Below, one piece after another: positions 1 to 11,600 of a stretch of DNA of 64,000 nucleotides. The notes beneath the pieces are model-generated. The model was not told the DNA's origin, did not search any database, and was given only the letters and a program-made list of their open reading frames with translations. Where the stretch lies: assembly GCA_002269645.1 (NCBI GenBank), contig NIVC01001580.1, forward strand, positions 114,003 to 178,002, written 5' to 3'. The stretch is from Macrostomum lignano (Eukaryota). A program made the position numbers and the translations under genes. Numbering within the stretch: the first letter of the stretch is position 1; every line of letters begins with the position of its first letter.

Positions 1-1978
1 CGTTTGAGACGCCGTCGGCCCCCACAGACTTTCCCGACTTGAGGCGACGAACGGCTGCGCGGAGCTCGTCGATAGAGAAGAGGGCATCCGGGCCGTGAGC
101 GGGGGTTCGTCTGTGACTGTCGTAGCCTCGTTGGCTTCGTAGCGGATTGAGGTGTCCTGGCGGCGTCTGGGGACTCGGCTCACTTCCGCGTACATCTGGC
201 AGAAAAGCTCTGCCTTTTCCTTGTTAGTGCGGGCCGTACGCTCGGGGCGTTTTCAGAGGTCTGACTCAATGACCTTCAAGTCTAAATCAGGCGGGTCTAT
301 AGTAATCGCTGCGTGGTCCGCAGTCTTGTGCCCTTCGCCTCTCATAGCGCAGGGTAGGCCAAAGATGTCGGAGCCTTGGTGGAAGTGCGCCGCCCTTTCC
401 AGCAGGAAGGCTTTCTTTTCCTTGTTGAGGTAGTCTGAGGCATTATGTCGGGCCCGAGCGGCTGCGGAAAGATTCTCCTGGGTCGGATCTGCTTCGACGG
501 CCTGGCAAGCGGCTTTGGTCGCTTTCGTGGCATCCTCGCATGCGTCGTTCCAGAAAGGGAACCGGCGCATTGGCTTTCCTGAGCTGCGCGGGATGCTGTG
601 TCGCGCGGCTGAGAGTATAGCCTCGGAGAGCCGAGTAGCCTCATCGTTAAGCGCGACCGTTTGTAGATCGGAGTCGACCCAGGCAGTCAAAATATCCCGG
701 AAGACGGCCCAGTTTGCTTTTTTGTAGATCCAGCGTTTCTGTCCCTGGCGGGTTGGCGTCCGGCGTTGGAAGCTGGGATGTCGCAGAGGATGGGCAAGTG
801 GTCGCTACCCCAGTCGGGGCCTGTTCTCCAGGAGTCGGTCAAAACGCCGGAGAGGGCGCTGCTGCAGATCGTCACATCCGGACTGCTGATGCGACCTGTG
901 CTAGGGCACGTTCTCGTGTGGTTGGTTGAGTTGCAGATGGTCAGACAGTTGCGAGCAACCCATTCATCAACCGTTTGGCTCCTGGCGTCCTCGTCGAGGT
1001 GATGTTTCCAGCTGCCGTGGGCGTTGAAATCACCCCCGAGGATGGCTCTGCCGGTGACCGTCAGATTGTTAAAGGTTGGCTGCCAGGTATCGTCAGGGCG
1101 TTTGTAACTGGTGGGTGGGGCGTAAATGGAGGCCACCACGGTTGGCTGTTGTTCTTGTAGGCGGATGCGGCAGGCGACGACATCCAGGAGTTCGTGCTCG
1201 CGGTTGATCGATAACCTATCGTATTGGAAGTCTTCCCGAACGAGCACCAGGGCACCGCCACGCCCCGTGATTCTTTTTTCGGTTTTTTGGATTGGTTGGG
1301 GCTGACTAGCAGGCGTCGTGCTGGTAGGGCTCGCTCCGGGTTGGGCCGGCTGGTGGGAGTTGGGCCATGGCGTGAAACGGACGCTGCATGCGGTGCGGCC
1401 GCTGCGGCATCCGGGGCACGATTCTGCACGGAGGCTGGGGTATCTGAGGCGGCAGCGTGGGTTCTTGACGCGGCGCTGTTTCCCGGCAGTGCCAGCGGGG
1501 GGATCGGGCAGAGGTGGAGTAGGCTGGTCGGCAGTGTCAGTGACGTTAGCGCCGGTTTTAGGCCTGTCCAGGACGGCGCCGTCCGCTCTGGCTGCTACCA
1601 CATACCCTCTTGGTAGATTGTACTCTTCGTTATGCCGTAGCTTAGTTTCCTGAAGGAGGGCCACGGCAGGGCGTAGGAGAGTGAACCTGTGAGCTAACTC
1701 CGTTTGGCGGCTTTTAATGCCGTTGCAGTTAAACTGCACCAGGAGTTCTGGGCCCAGCTCGGCTCTGTGCGATGCTGTGGCTTCTCGGCGCCTCCCACGC
1801 CTCCGGCAGCGATGCGCTTTTTGGGCGTCGTCGTTTCCTCCGCGGAGGCGCATGACGGTTCGAAGGTTGTCGATGGCGCTGTCAGGTGACGCGTTGTTTC
1901 CAGCTTCCTCGCAGACTCGGTGGTTGTACGGTCCTTTAGAATGATCCAGAGACACCTCATGGAGGTGGGTCGTGGGTC

Positions 1979-1982
<4 letters not shown>
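1..1982 (-). mobile_element. Non-LTR retrotransposon (LINE), APE endonuclease + pre-RT region of ORF2, frameshifted; RT lies off the left edge
   Basis: ORF 687-2138(-) has the EEP/APE motifs QFNCNG, LLQETKL, ILGGDFNAH, SPDVT and SDHLPI. Frameshifted continuations (253-690 and 1-250) read ...KEKAELF...PFSIDELRAAVRRLKSGKS.GPDG, the typical linker just before the RT domain in I/Jockey-type ORF2. Confidence 0.92.
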
Positions 1983-2055
<73 letters not shown>

Positions 2056-4059
2056 CTGCTCAACCGGCGATCTCTGTTCCACTGGCCTCGGAGGAGCGGC
2101 ATAGTGCAGCTACTAAAATGGGCTGCAATATGGAGCAATACGAACCGGAAACCGTCAGCTGGATGAATCAGTCAGTGAATCCGTGCGAGTCCATGTACGA
2201 ATTCGCCACTGGAAATCTGCCCCATGAAGACCTGTTCAAGCAAGCTGATGAGACAATGAGAAACCGACTGCACAAGCTGTTGACAAACTCAAGTAATGGA
2301 GTGCAGCAGCAGGACGAAATGATCTCTAATCCGACCAGAATTGCCAGTAGGCTGTACGGTAACTGCCTCAGCTGGTGGAACGGCTCTGACGCAGAAGCGA
2401 TGCGTGGCGCGTTTCTCAGATCCGCTTTTAGCCAGCTGCTCAACAATCTGGAGACCGAATTTAGACATCGAGGCGAAGTTCTTGAGCTCGAGTCTCTGCT
2501 AGCGACTCTTGCCTGTTGTAGAGCCTGTTTCCACCTGTTGGCAGCCAGGTTCAAAGTACTTTCACACCGATTCGCCAATATTAGCGGACCGAAACCCAGA
2601 GCCATGAAGTCGTCAAAGATGATTAAATTTCTGCGATTCCTTCGGAAATGGAACGTAACGAATTCCGTTGAGCTGGAGGCGACGAATATTGTGCAAAAGC
2701 TGGCCTCATTGGATGAACTGTCGAAGTCGGATTCAGTGTAGCTTAAGCTTGAGAGCTGCATACAGATACAGGGCTGGGGATGAAAAAGAAAACCTGATGT
2801 TTACAGCCAAGCAGCTTGAAAACTTTACTAATTGCATTTCGGCTGATACTCGAGTTTCATTTTCAAGGACAAATTTTTTGAAGAAGTGGATTCGAGTTAT
2901 GAAGGTGGCCGTTTGTTACTTGCAGCCTCTGTTCAGATTGCCTATTTAGGTGCATTCATAAATTTAACATCCGATGGTATGCTACGTAATGGGAATTTCA
3001 AGTCAATACTCGAAGCAACCAGCACTCAGATAATTTTGTTTGACTGGCTCTTCAAACTGTCGAAAATGATCCCGAGCTGGTTTATCAAGAATAATCACTA
3101 TTGTCTTGACGCTGCAAAAAAACTGCTCCGAGCAGTGGTATCCACAATGTACAATGTGGCATAATATAACTCAACTGATGCAGCCAATGTGGAGTCTCAG
3201 AATTGGTGGACGGAAAGCGATATTGATGAAGTTAGACAGCTGAGGTACACTAGCAACTTTTTCGAACTTTCGGATCAAGGAAGTTCGGCTGAATTCCTTC
3301 CAGCTCTAAAGAGTATCTACGCGCCTCTTGCTTGAACCTATATGCCGAAAGATTTGAAGCTTTGAAGCTGACGAGGAAAACAACTTTGGCGCTCTGAATT
3401 TGATGAGCCTCGCTTTCCAGCTGAGAATCCGGTACTTTGCGGCCAGAAATACAGTACTGCTTTCTTTATGAGGAATCCTTTTGATGTTGAAGAAAAATAT
3501 GCAAACACAAAACACGGGTTTAGAATTTTCTCCATCCCTCTGCGTCGGCTCACGCCACCAATATTTACATTAATTTTATTTACATCATTAATTGGGCCCG
3601 CGGCTGGTCAACTGCATTCAGCATACCGATTTGGCAAGCTGTGAAAGAAATAAACCAAATAAGTGAAAACAGATCTTTAATTGTAGAGCAGCAGAAACTT
3701 CAAGCCCATTCCAGTTACCAAGCGTTCGTCAAGTGACCCCGCAGCAAATCTGCAACGTGCAGATACTGGTTTAGAGCATTCAATCAGCTGAGCAACTCCA
3801 GCCAACCGCAGATGAACTCTGCGCAGCCGAACCCGCTGACCAAAATCAACTCAATCGAATGTTTTTCACACTGATTGCGCAACTCTTTTACCAAACCGGG
3901 ATGACAGAACAGATTAGCGAGCCTTTCAAACCGTACAATGCTCTCCAAGTCAAGTTTGACAGCGCCATGTTCAACAACAAGGAGTTCGCCAGAGCATTCG
4001 AATGCAGCGAATCGTGCACTTTAAATCGAAAGAATAAATGTACCTATTGGAAGAATTAA
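1959..4059 (+). pseudogene. Intronless neprilysin/peptidase M13-like gene, disrupted by stops and frameshifts
   Basis: N-terminal VNPCESMYEFATG resembles the M13 motif vdPCddFy.yaCg. The internal IFSIPLRRLTPPIF resembles the IPagILqPPFF motif. The C-terminal NNKEFARAFECSESCTLNRKNKCTYW matches the M13 terminus. In-frame stops occur at 2739 and 3162, plus shifts. No HExxH was seen. Confidence 0.75.
1983..2054. repeat. (CTG)24 microsatellite; reads poly-Leu on + and poly-Gln on -
   Basis: Perfect CTG run seen directly at the junction between the LINE and the M13-like gene. Confidence 0.98.
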
Positions 4060-4317
4060 AGCTGAGGTATGGGTGTTGCCTGCCAGATAACTCGATGCAG
4101 CAATATTTAATCAAGTGTTTGACTTTCACTTTGAAAAGAATGCGAGAGTGAAGCGAGAACTTTTGATGAAAATAAAAGCAAACTTAGTCAAGTAAAGTCA
4201 TTCAAATCGGCACTGCTATGTTGTTTAAAATATTTTATTTATTTGAAAAATTAACCATCCTTAGCAGCATAGAAATTGGGAGACAAATTTGAGTAACTTT
4301 CTCATTTAAGATCTTCA

Positions 4318-4875
4318 CAGCATCCAGACCCGCCCAGCTTTACAGCTTCATTCAGACCCACTCAGCCTCGCAGCTTCATCCAGACCCACTCAGCCTCGCA
4401 GCTTCATCCAGACCCACCCAGCCCACAGCTTCATCCAGACCCACTCAGCTTCACAGCTTCATCCAGACCCACTCAGCCTCACAGCTTCATCCAGACTCAC
4501 TCAGCTTCACATATAGCTTCATCCAGACCCACTCAGCTTCGCAGCTTCATCCAGACCCACTTAGCTTCGCAGCTTCATCCAGACCCACTCAGCTTCACAT
4601 CTAGCTTCATCCAGACCCACTCAGCTTCACATCTAGCTTCATCCAGACCCACTCAGCTTTACATCTGGCTTCATCCAGACCCACTCAGCCTCACAGCTTC
4701 ATCCAGACCCACTCAGCCTCACAGCTTCATCCAGACCCACTCAGCCTCACAGCTTCATCCAGACTCACTCAGCTTCACAGCTTCATCCAGACCCACTCAG
4801 CCTCACAGCTTCATCCAGACTCACTCAGCCTCACAGCTTCATCCAGACAAACTCAGCCTCACAGCTTCATCCAAA
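4318..4875. repeat. ~28-bp minisatellite (AGCTTCATCCAGACCCACTCAGCCTCAC), ~19 units, some with a 4-bp insertion
   Basis: Tandem units seen directly. Confidence 0.95.
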
Positions 4876-5080
4876 CACACTAAATAAACTGGCGTGGCCT
4901 GTGCGCAGCTTTCTACTCACCTGGTCTTCAAAAACCAGGAGTTCTAACTAGTCACCCGTACAGCAACCCGACGTCGGCAACGGTCTAAATTGCACCGACG
5001 TTCGGCCGACATATGACGTTGTTAATGTTATATTTATTAGTTCAAACAGAATAATTTTGGCCTTGGGTTGACGCTTTCGA

Positions 5081-5356
5081 CAGGGGCGTCGATCGCCACC
5101 AGGGGGGAACAGGGGGACATGTCCCCCTCCAGATACTCCCATTAAAAGTTATGGGGGGACATGCCAATGCTTTGCCCCCCCCTCACCCCGCCTTTGTTGA
5201 CTTGTTATGGAAATCAATAATTTTGCTTCAGGGCAACAAAACATATATAGTGCTTGCGTCCAAAATGATTGTTAACAACATCAATTCCTAAAATGATGTA
5301 CATGTAGAATTCTTGGGCTTTGTCCCCCCACCATGAAATCCATGGCGACGCCCCTG
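5081..5356. mobile_element. MITE with 11-bp TIRs CAGGGGCGTCG/CGACGCCCCTG (hAT-like)
   Basis: Perfect 11-bp inverted termini. Flanks GCTTTCGA / GTTTCCGA are a possible decayed 8-bp TSD (6/8 match). No coding capacity. Confidence 0.7.
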
Positions 5357-6059
5357 GTTTCCGACATCTCGTATCGACGTCACTGCAGGGTTAGGGTATT
5401 TTAAGTATATGAACTCAAAGTGTGCAATAACACGGTAGTAGTGTGACACCCAGACATTTGTGTTTTCTCTAGTTCCATCTATCAGGAACTGTACGTGTTG
5501 TACCCACTCAGTTCAGTAAAACGTGACACTTGACAGATTTACTGAACTATCTTGGCAACTCACACTGGGGTACCTGCAATGCGTGCCTAATTTAGCAGGG
5601 CTTGCATGTCAGTAGGACGAACAGAAGTATAAAATGGATACAAGCCAGGCTTAAGGGCAATATTTTCTCGTTTAAGCTGATAAATCTAAACCAACTTTAA
5701 GCGTTTATCAAAAACATTGGTTTGGCGAATTATATGTATATCTAGACTCTTTGGTACTTCTCGTGTGGTAAGTTAATCGGCAAAAATACTTCGTACATTG
5801 CTTTTGCAGGGGCATACTCAAAAATTTTTATATAAGGGCCTCGTACATAAAGGGGCGCCAACATTCTGTAAGACCAGAATTGCGAGAGAAATACACACTC
5901 AAAGGCCAAAGTTAGTCGATATATATATTTGTCACGCACGAAGTATTCATGTACATGTAATCGATATTGACGCAGGTAAATAAAAGCGTGCCCAACCCCC
6001 CCCCCAGCGCCGGCCAACCCCAAAACAGCCAACACAAAACTCACAATTCGAATGCTTGG

Positions 6060-8400
6060 TGTCTCGGTGGGCGCCCTGCTGTCTGTTGGTGGGCGCCCTG
6101 TCCCTTGTTGGTGCATGGGCACTCCTGTCTCTTAATAGTGGGTCCCCCTGTCTCTTAATAGTGGGTCCCCCTGTCTCTTAATAGTGGGTCCCCTGTCTCT
6201 TAGTGGGCGCCGCTGTCTCTTAGTGGGCGCCCCTGCCTCTTAGTGGCCGCCCCTGTCTCTTAGTGGGCGCCCCTGTCTCTTAGTGGCCGCCCCTGTCTCT
6301 TAGTGGCCGCCCCTGTCTCTTAGTGGCCGCCCCTGTCTCTTAGTGGCCGCCCCTGTCTCTTAGTGGGCGCCCCTGTCTCTTAGTGGGCGCCCCTGTCTCT
6401 TAGTGGCCGCCCCTGTCTCTTAGTGGGCGCCCCTGTCTCTTAGTGGGCGCCGCTGTCTCTTAGTGGGCGCCCCTGTCTCTTAGTAGTGGGCGCCCCTGTC
6501 CCTTGGGTATGGGCACTCCTGTCTCTTAATAGTGGGTCCCCCTGTCTCTTAATAGTGGGTCCCCTGTCTCTTAGTGGGCGCCCCTGTCTCTTAGTGGGCG
6601 CCCCTGTCTCTTAGTGGGCGCCCCTGTCTCTTAGTGGCCGCCCCTGTCTCTTAGTGGGCGCCCCTGTCTCTTAGTGGCCGCCCCTGTCTCTTAGTGGGCG
6701 CCCCTGTCTCTTAGTGGGCGCCGCTGTCTCTTAGTGGGCGCCCCTGCCTCTTAGTGGGCGCCCCTGCCTCTTAGTGGGCGCCCCTGTCTCTTAGTGGGCG
6801 CCCCTGTCTCTTGGTGGCCGCCCCTGTCTCTTAGTGGGCGCCCCTGTCTCTTAGTGGCCGCCCCTGTCTCTTAGTGGGCGCCCCTGTCTCTTAGTGGGCG
6901 CCCCTGTCTTTTAGTGGCCGCCCCTGTCTCTTAGTGGGCGCCCCTGTCTCTTAGTGGGCGCCGCTGTCTCTTAGTGGGCGCCCCTGCCTCTTAGTGGGCG
7001 CCCCTGCCTCTTAGTGGGCGCCCCTGTCTCTTAGTGGGCGCCCCTGTCTCTTGGTGGCCGCCCCTGTCTCTTAGTGGGCGCCCCTGTCTCTTGGTGGCCG
7101 CCCCTGTCTCTTAGTGGGCGCCCCTGTCTCTTAGTGGGCGCCCCTGTCTCTTGGTGGCCGCCCCTGTCTCTTAGTGGGCGCCCCTATCTCTTAGTGGGCG
7201 CCGCTGTCTCTTAGTGGGCGCCCCTGCCTCTTAGTGGGCGCCCCTGTCTCTTAGTGGGCGCCCCTGTCTCTTAGTGGGCGCCGCTGTCTCTTAGTGGGCG
7301 CCCCTGTCTCTTAGTAGTGGGCGCCCCTGTCCCTTGGTGTATGGGCACTCCTGTCTCTTAATAGTGGGTCCCCCTGTCTCTTAATAGTGGGTCCCCTGTC
7401 TCTTAGTGGGCGCCCCTGTCTCTTAGTGGGCGCCCCTGTCTCTTGGTGGCCGCCCCTGTCTCTTAGTGGGCGCCCCTGTCTCTTAGTGGGCGCCCCTGTC
7501 TCTTAGTGGGCGCCCCTGTCTCTTAGTGGCCGCCCCTGTCTCTTAGTGGGCGCCCCTGTCTCTTAGTGGGCGCCCCTGTCTCTTAGTGGCCGCCCCTGTC
7601 TCTTAGTGGGCGCCCCTGTCTCTTAGTGGGCGCCCCTGTCTCTTAGTGGCCGCCCCTGTCTCTTAGTGGGCGCCCCTGTCTCTTAGTGGGCGCCGCTGTC
7701 TCTTAGTGGGCGCCCCTGTCTCTTAGTAGTGGGCGCCCCTGTCCCTTGGGTATGGGCACTCCTGTCTCTTAGTAGTGGGCGCCCCTGTCCCTTGGTGTAT
7801 GGGCACTCCTGTCTCTTAATAGTGGGTCCCCCTGTCTCTTAATAGTGGGTCCCCCTGTCTCTTAATAGTGGGTCCCCCTGTCTCTTAATAGTGGGTCCCC
7901 CTGTCTCTTAATAGTGGGTCCCCCTGTCTCTTAATAGTGGGTCCCCCTGTCTCTTAATAGAGGGTCCCCCTGTCTCTTAATAGTGGGTCCCCCTGTCTCT
8001 TAATAGAGGGTCCCCCTGTCTCTTAATAGTGGGTCCCCCTGTCTCTTAATAGTGGGTCCCCCTGTCTCTTAATAGTGGGTCCCCCTGTCTTTTAATAGTG
8101 GGTCCCCCTGTCTCTTAGTGGGCGCCCCTGTCTCTTAGTGGCCGCCCCTGTCTCTTAGTGGCCGCCCCTGTCTCTTAGTGGGCGCCCCTGTCTCTTAGTG
8201 GCCGCCCCTGTCTCTTAGTGGGCGCCCCTGTCTCTTAGTGGGCGCCCCTGTCCCTTAGTGGGCGCCCCTGTCTCTTAGTGGGCACCCCTGTCTCTTAGTG
8301 GCTGCCCCTGTCTCTTAGTGGGCGCCCCTGTCTCTTAGTGGCCGCCCCTGTCTCTTAGTGGGCGCCCCTGTCTCTTAGTGGGCGCCGCTGTCTCTTAGTG
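6060..8400. repeat. ~2.3-kb satellite of 20-bp (GTGGGCGCCCCTGTCTCTTA) and 23-bp (GTGGGTCCCCCTGTCTCTTAATA) units with higher-order blocks
   Basis: Tandem units seen directly. The junction block GTCCCTTGG(T)GTATGGGCACTCC recurs near 6100, 6500, 7330, 7745 and 7790. Confidence 0.97.
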
Positions 8401-8641
8401 GACCGTGGTGCCCCTTACTCTGCGTAAGCCACGGTAGTTTAGCTGCCAATGTTTTAAAAGTTCACTACTGAAAGCACGAGTTTTGTAAATACCGTTTCAG
8501 TAGATTATGTACCTTGTGCATGCATTTTAACCAAGTGTAATTCCTAAGCCACTCTGATTCACTCACGAAATAAAAACATCACTTGAATCGCAGGCTGCGC
8601 TGGTCCTACAACTGCATTGTCCTGAGTACCATTTGATCAAT

Positions 8642-11600
8642 ATGACGACTGCAGTCGGTCCGCCTGCAGCAGCGCAGTTACAGAATGAGAAGATCAGAGG
8701 AAGCCTGCTTGTTGAAGCCAAACGAGGCAATTTCGAAGTTTCCATCGAGCACATTAAGCAGGCTTTCAGTTTGGAAAGAGACGAGGAGGGTCGAACTGCG
8801 GCTCACTTTGCCGCCATGAAACCAGGAGGCTTCCGTTTGCTCGAGGAACTGTCTCGCAGTGCAGGACTTTCTTGTCTTGACATGGAAGATGAACACAAAG
8901 CAACTCCGCTTCATTACGCCACCGCAAGCTACTCGCTCGAGCAACTCAAGCAACTCTGGCCGAACGTGCTTCGTTTTTTATGCAGCTACCGGCTCAGAGA
9001 CAAATACGGAAACACACTGGCCCATTGTGCCGCTCGGAACTGCAGCCACGAGGAGGTCATTCTAGAAATTTTACGAGCATCAGACGGCAACCAGCGGACC
9101 AACTGGCCTGTCACAAGAGGATTTATGCTGTGGAAGAATAGCAAAAAACAGACCGTGCTTCACATAGCCATGGAGCACTGCAGTGTAGAGACCGCCAAGA
9201 CTTTTCTAAATCATGCATTGGAATCTGATGAACTCGGTGCTCCTAAAAATCTGGTTGATGACGAGGGCGACACTCTCGCTCACTATGCAGCTAGGAACCA
9301 GCACGTTCATTTGGATGCATATTCAGGGAAACAGCATGACAGCTTTTTCAATTCAGTGGCTCTGGCATGTTGGGGACAAAAGTGCTTGAATTGGAAGAAT
9401 GCCAACGGTCAGTCAGTGATGCAGGCTATCATTAAGTACCTGCCTGACAGCGCAGCAGAACAAATGGCTGACATAGTCTCACTGGAACTGTTTAGACCCG
9501 ATAAGTCCGGTAACACGGTTCTGCATTACACTGGGCTGTATGGGAAGCCCAGGACTTTCATGAAAATTATCAGACGGATGATCATGACGCCAGTTGAAAA
9601 TTTCGCTGAGAAAATAGCAGAAGATGCCAATAACGACGGCCAGACACCGATACATTTTGCTGCGCAGGACAAAGGCGTTATGGACTTTCTCAAAGAAACA
9701 AGCGACATCAACTGGTACTCAAGCAAGCAGGACCGATTCGGCAGGAACATGCTGTTTTACGCATGCATGGGCTGGAATTTCGAGTTTCTTCTCGCTACTG
9801 ATGCACCTAAGAAGGACTTTCGAATTTGTGACTTGGAAGGAAACAGCCTACTTCATGCTGTCATGCTCGGCAGTGGAAATAGCGAGTCAATCAAGAATTT
9901 CAATGCCGCTGTCCAAAAGCTGATCAACAACTTTGGCATCGATCAGAGAGCTGAGAACATTCTGGGACAAAACTGGCTTCAGTGCAGTCGCCTGAATGAA
10001 GACGTTCTTAAAGCCGTGCTATCATCGGCTTCAAAGCATGTCAAAGTGTCACTAAACTTGAACGCTTACAACTCGTCAGGTTTTCATATTCTTCATTTCT
10101 ACTCTGGCAGGTATTCTCTAGAGAACATTGTTAACGTATTTAAGACCCAGTTGAACACAAAGTCGTACAAACTTGTAAGAGAGCAGGTCCTGAAAGGCCC
10201 CAGACTCGGCGCCACCTGCCTACACTTTGCTTGTCAAGCTGCTCACAAGAACAACATTGACTTTCTTTTGAAGAAGCGGCTAAGACTTACAGATTTAGAC
10301 AGCGCAGGGCTCACTTGCATTGACTATGCAGTTGAAGCCGGCAAGCTAGAAAGCCTTTTAGAGGCTCTCGAAATCCGCGTAGTTGACGCGCTTCGTTTTA
10401 CTGACCCAATCCGATGGTCGCTAGAGCTACCTGACTATGACAGCGCATGTCATGTGCTGTCTGTGGCAGACAATGGATCAACGGTTTCCACTCTGGAGCA
10501 GCAGCTTCTTGTGGTATCAAAACAACAGATGCTTTTTGCAGACGCATTTCGCCAAGCTTGGTACCTAGACTCTTCTGTGGCTTTCAGAAGTGCACTCAGA
10601 CTAAATCTTATTAGTCCAGACGCGGAAACAAAGTTCCTCGACTATCTGGTTGAGCAAAGTCGATCAAATCTGCTTCCAGGCTGTCAGCAAACAAATTCGC
10701 AGTCGGAGCTACAAATAGTTGATATCGCCCTAAAAGCTGGCAAGTTCGAGCTTCTACCAGATCTTGTCATCACGAGACAGTTTGACCTGATTCCTGCATG
10801 CCTGCGTCTGATCATACAGCTGCAAAATCAGCGGGGTGAGACTTGCAGCGGATATGAGCAACTCGAAAACCTATATAAAAGAGTAACAAGAGTTCTCGTC
10901 GTTGTCGTCAACCATCTGTTTGAAAATGCTAGCTGGAGCGAGAAACAGATGCTATTCCGGTACATCCGGGGCAACATTTGTGACGACCAAGCTCAAGCTG
11001 GTGGGCCTCGTTTTCCTGGAGCGAACTGTAGTACTTGTGAAATTTACCACACCGCTACGAGTGTCACCATCATGGATCTGATTGAGGAGGCCGACTGCGA
11101 CGAGCTTCTAGCAACAGATTGTCTTCATAGGATGACCAATGATGAATGGCGATCTTCATGCTATGAAAGGCGAGGCCAAGGAACAAGTTCCAGCTCCTGG
11201 ATTTATAGCTTCGGACTTGCAATGTTGTTTTATGCGCGTCTAGCCGTCCATGCAGTGTTCCTACTTTACTTTTCGTGGTACACAACTGACTTTGCGCGGA
11301 CTTTTAACTCATGGACAATTGACGCGATTTTAACAGCCTTTGCTTCGTTCTTCCTAATTCTACAAGTGATCGATGTTGTCATGGCTTTGATGCCTCACAC
11401 CTGCCGCAGATGCGGGACCAGCGCCAGACCAAGAAGACTTGGAAGCTGTCCGCCGTACTGCAGAGACTTCTCTAACTTGATAGACTGGTGTGCTCTTATT
11501 CTACTCTGGTTGGGAATAATTTGGAAGTGGTGCATCTTTCTCAGGCCCACTGATATCACCGTGTACGCTTGTCAAGCCACAATGTCGGCCTCATGTCTGT

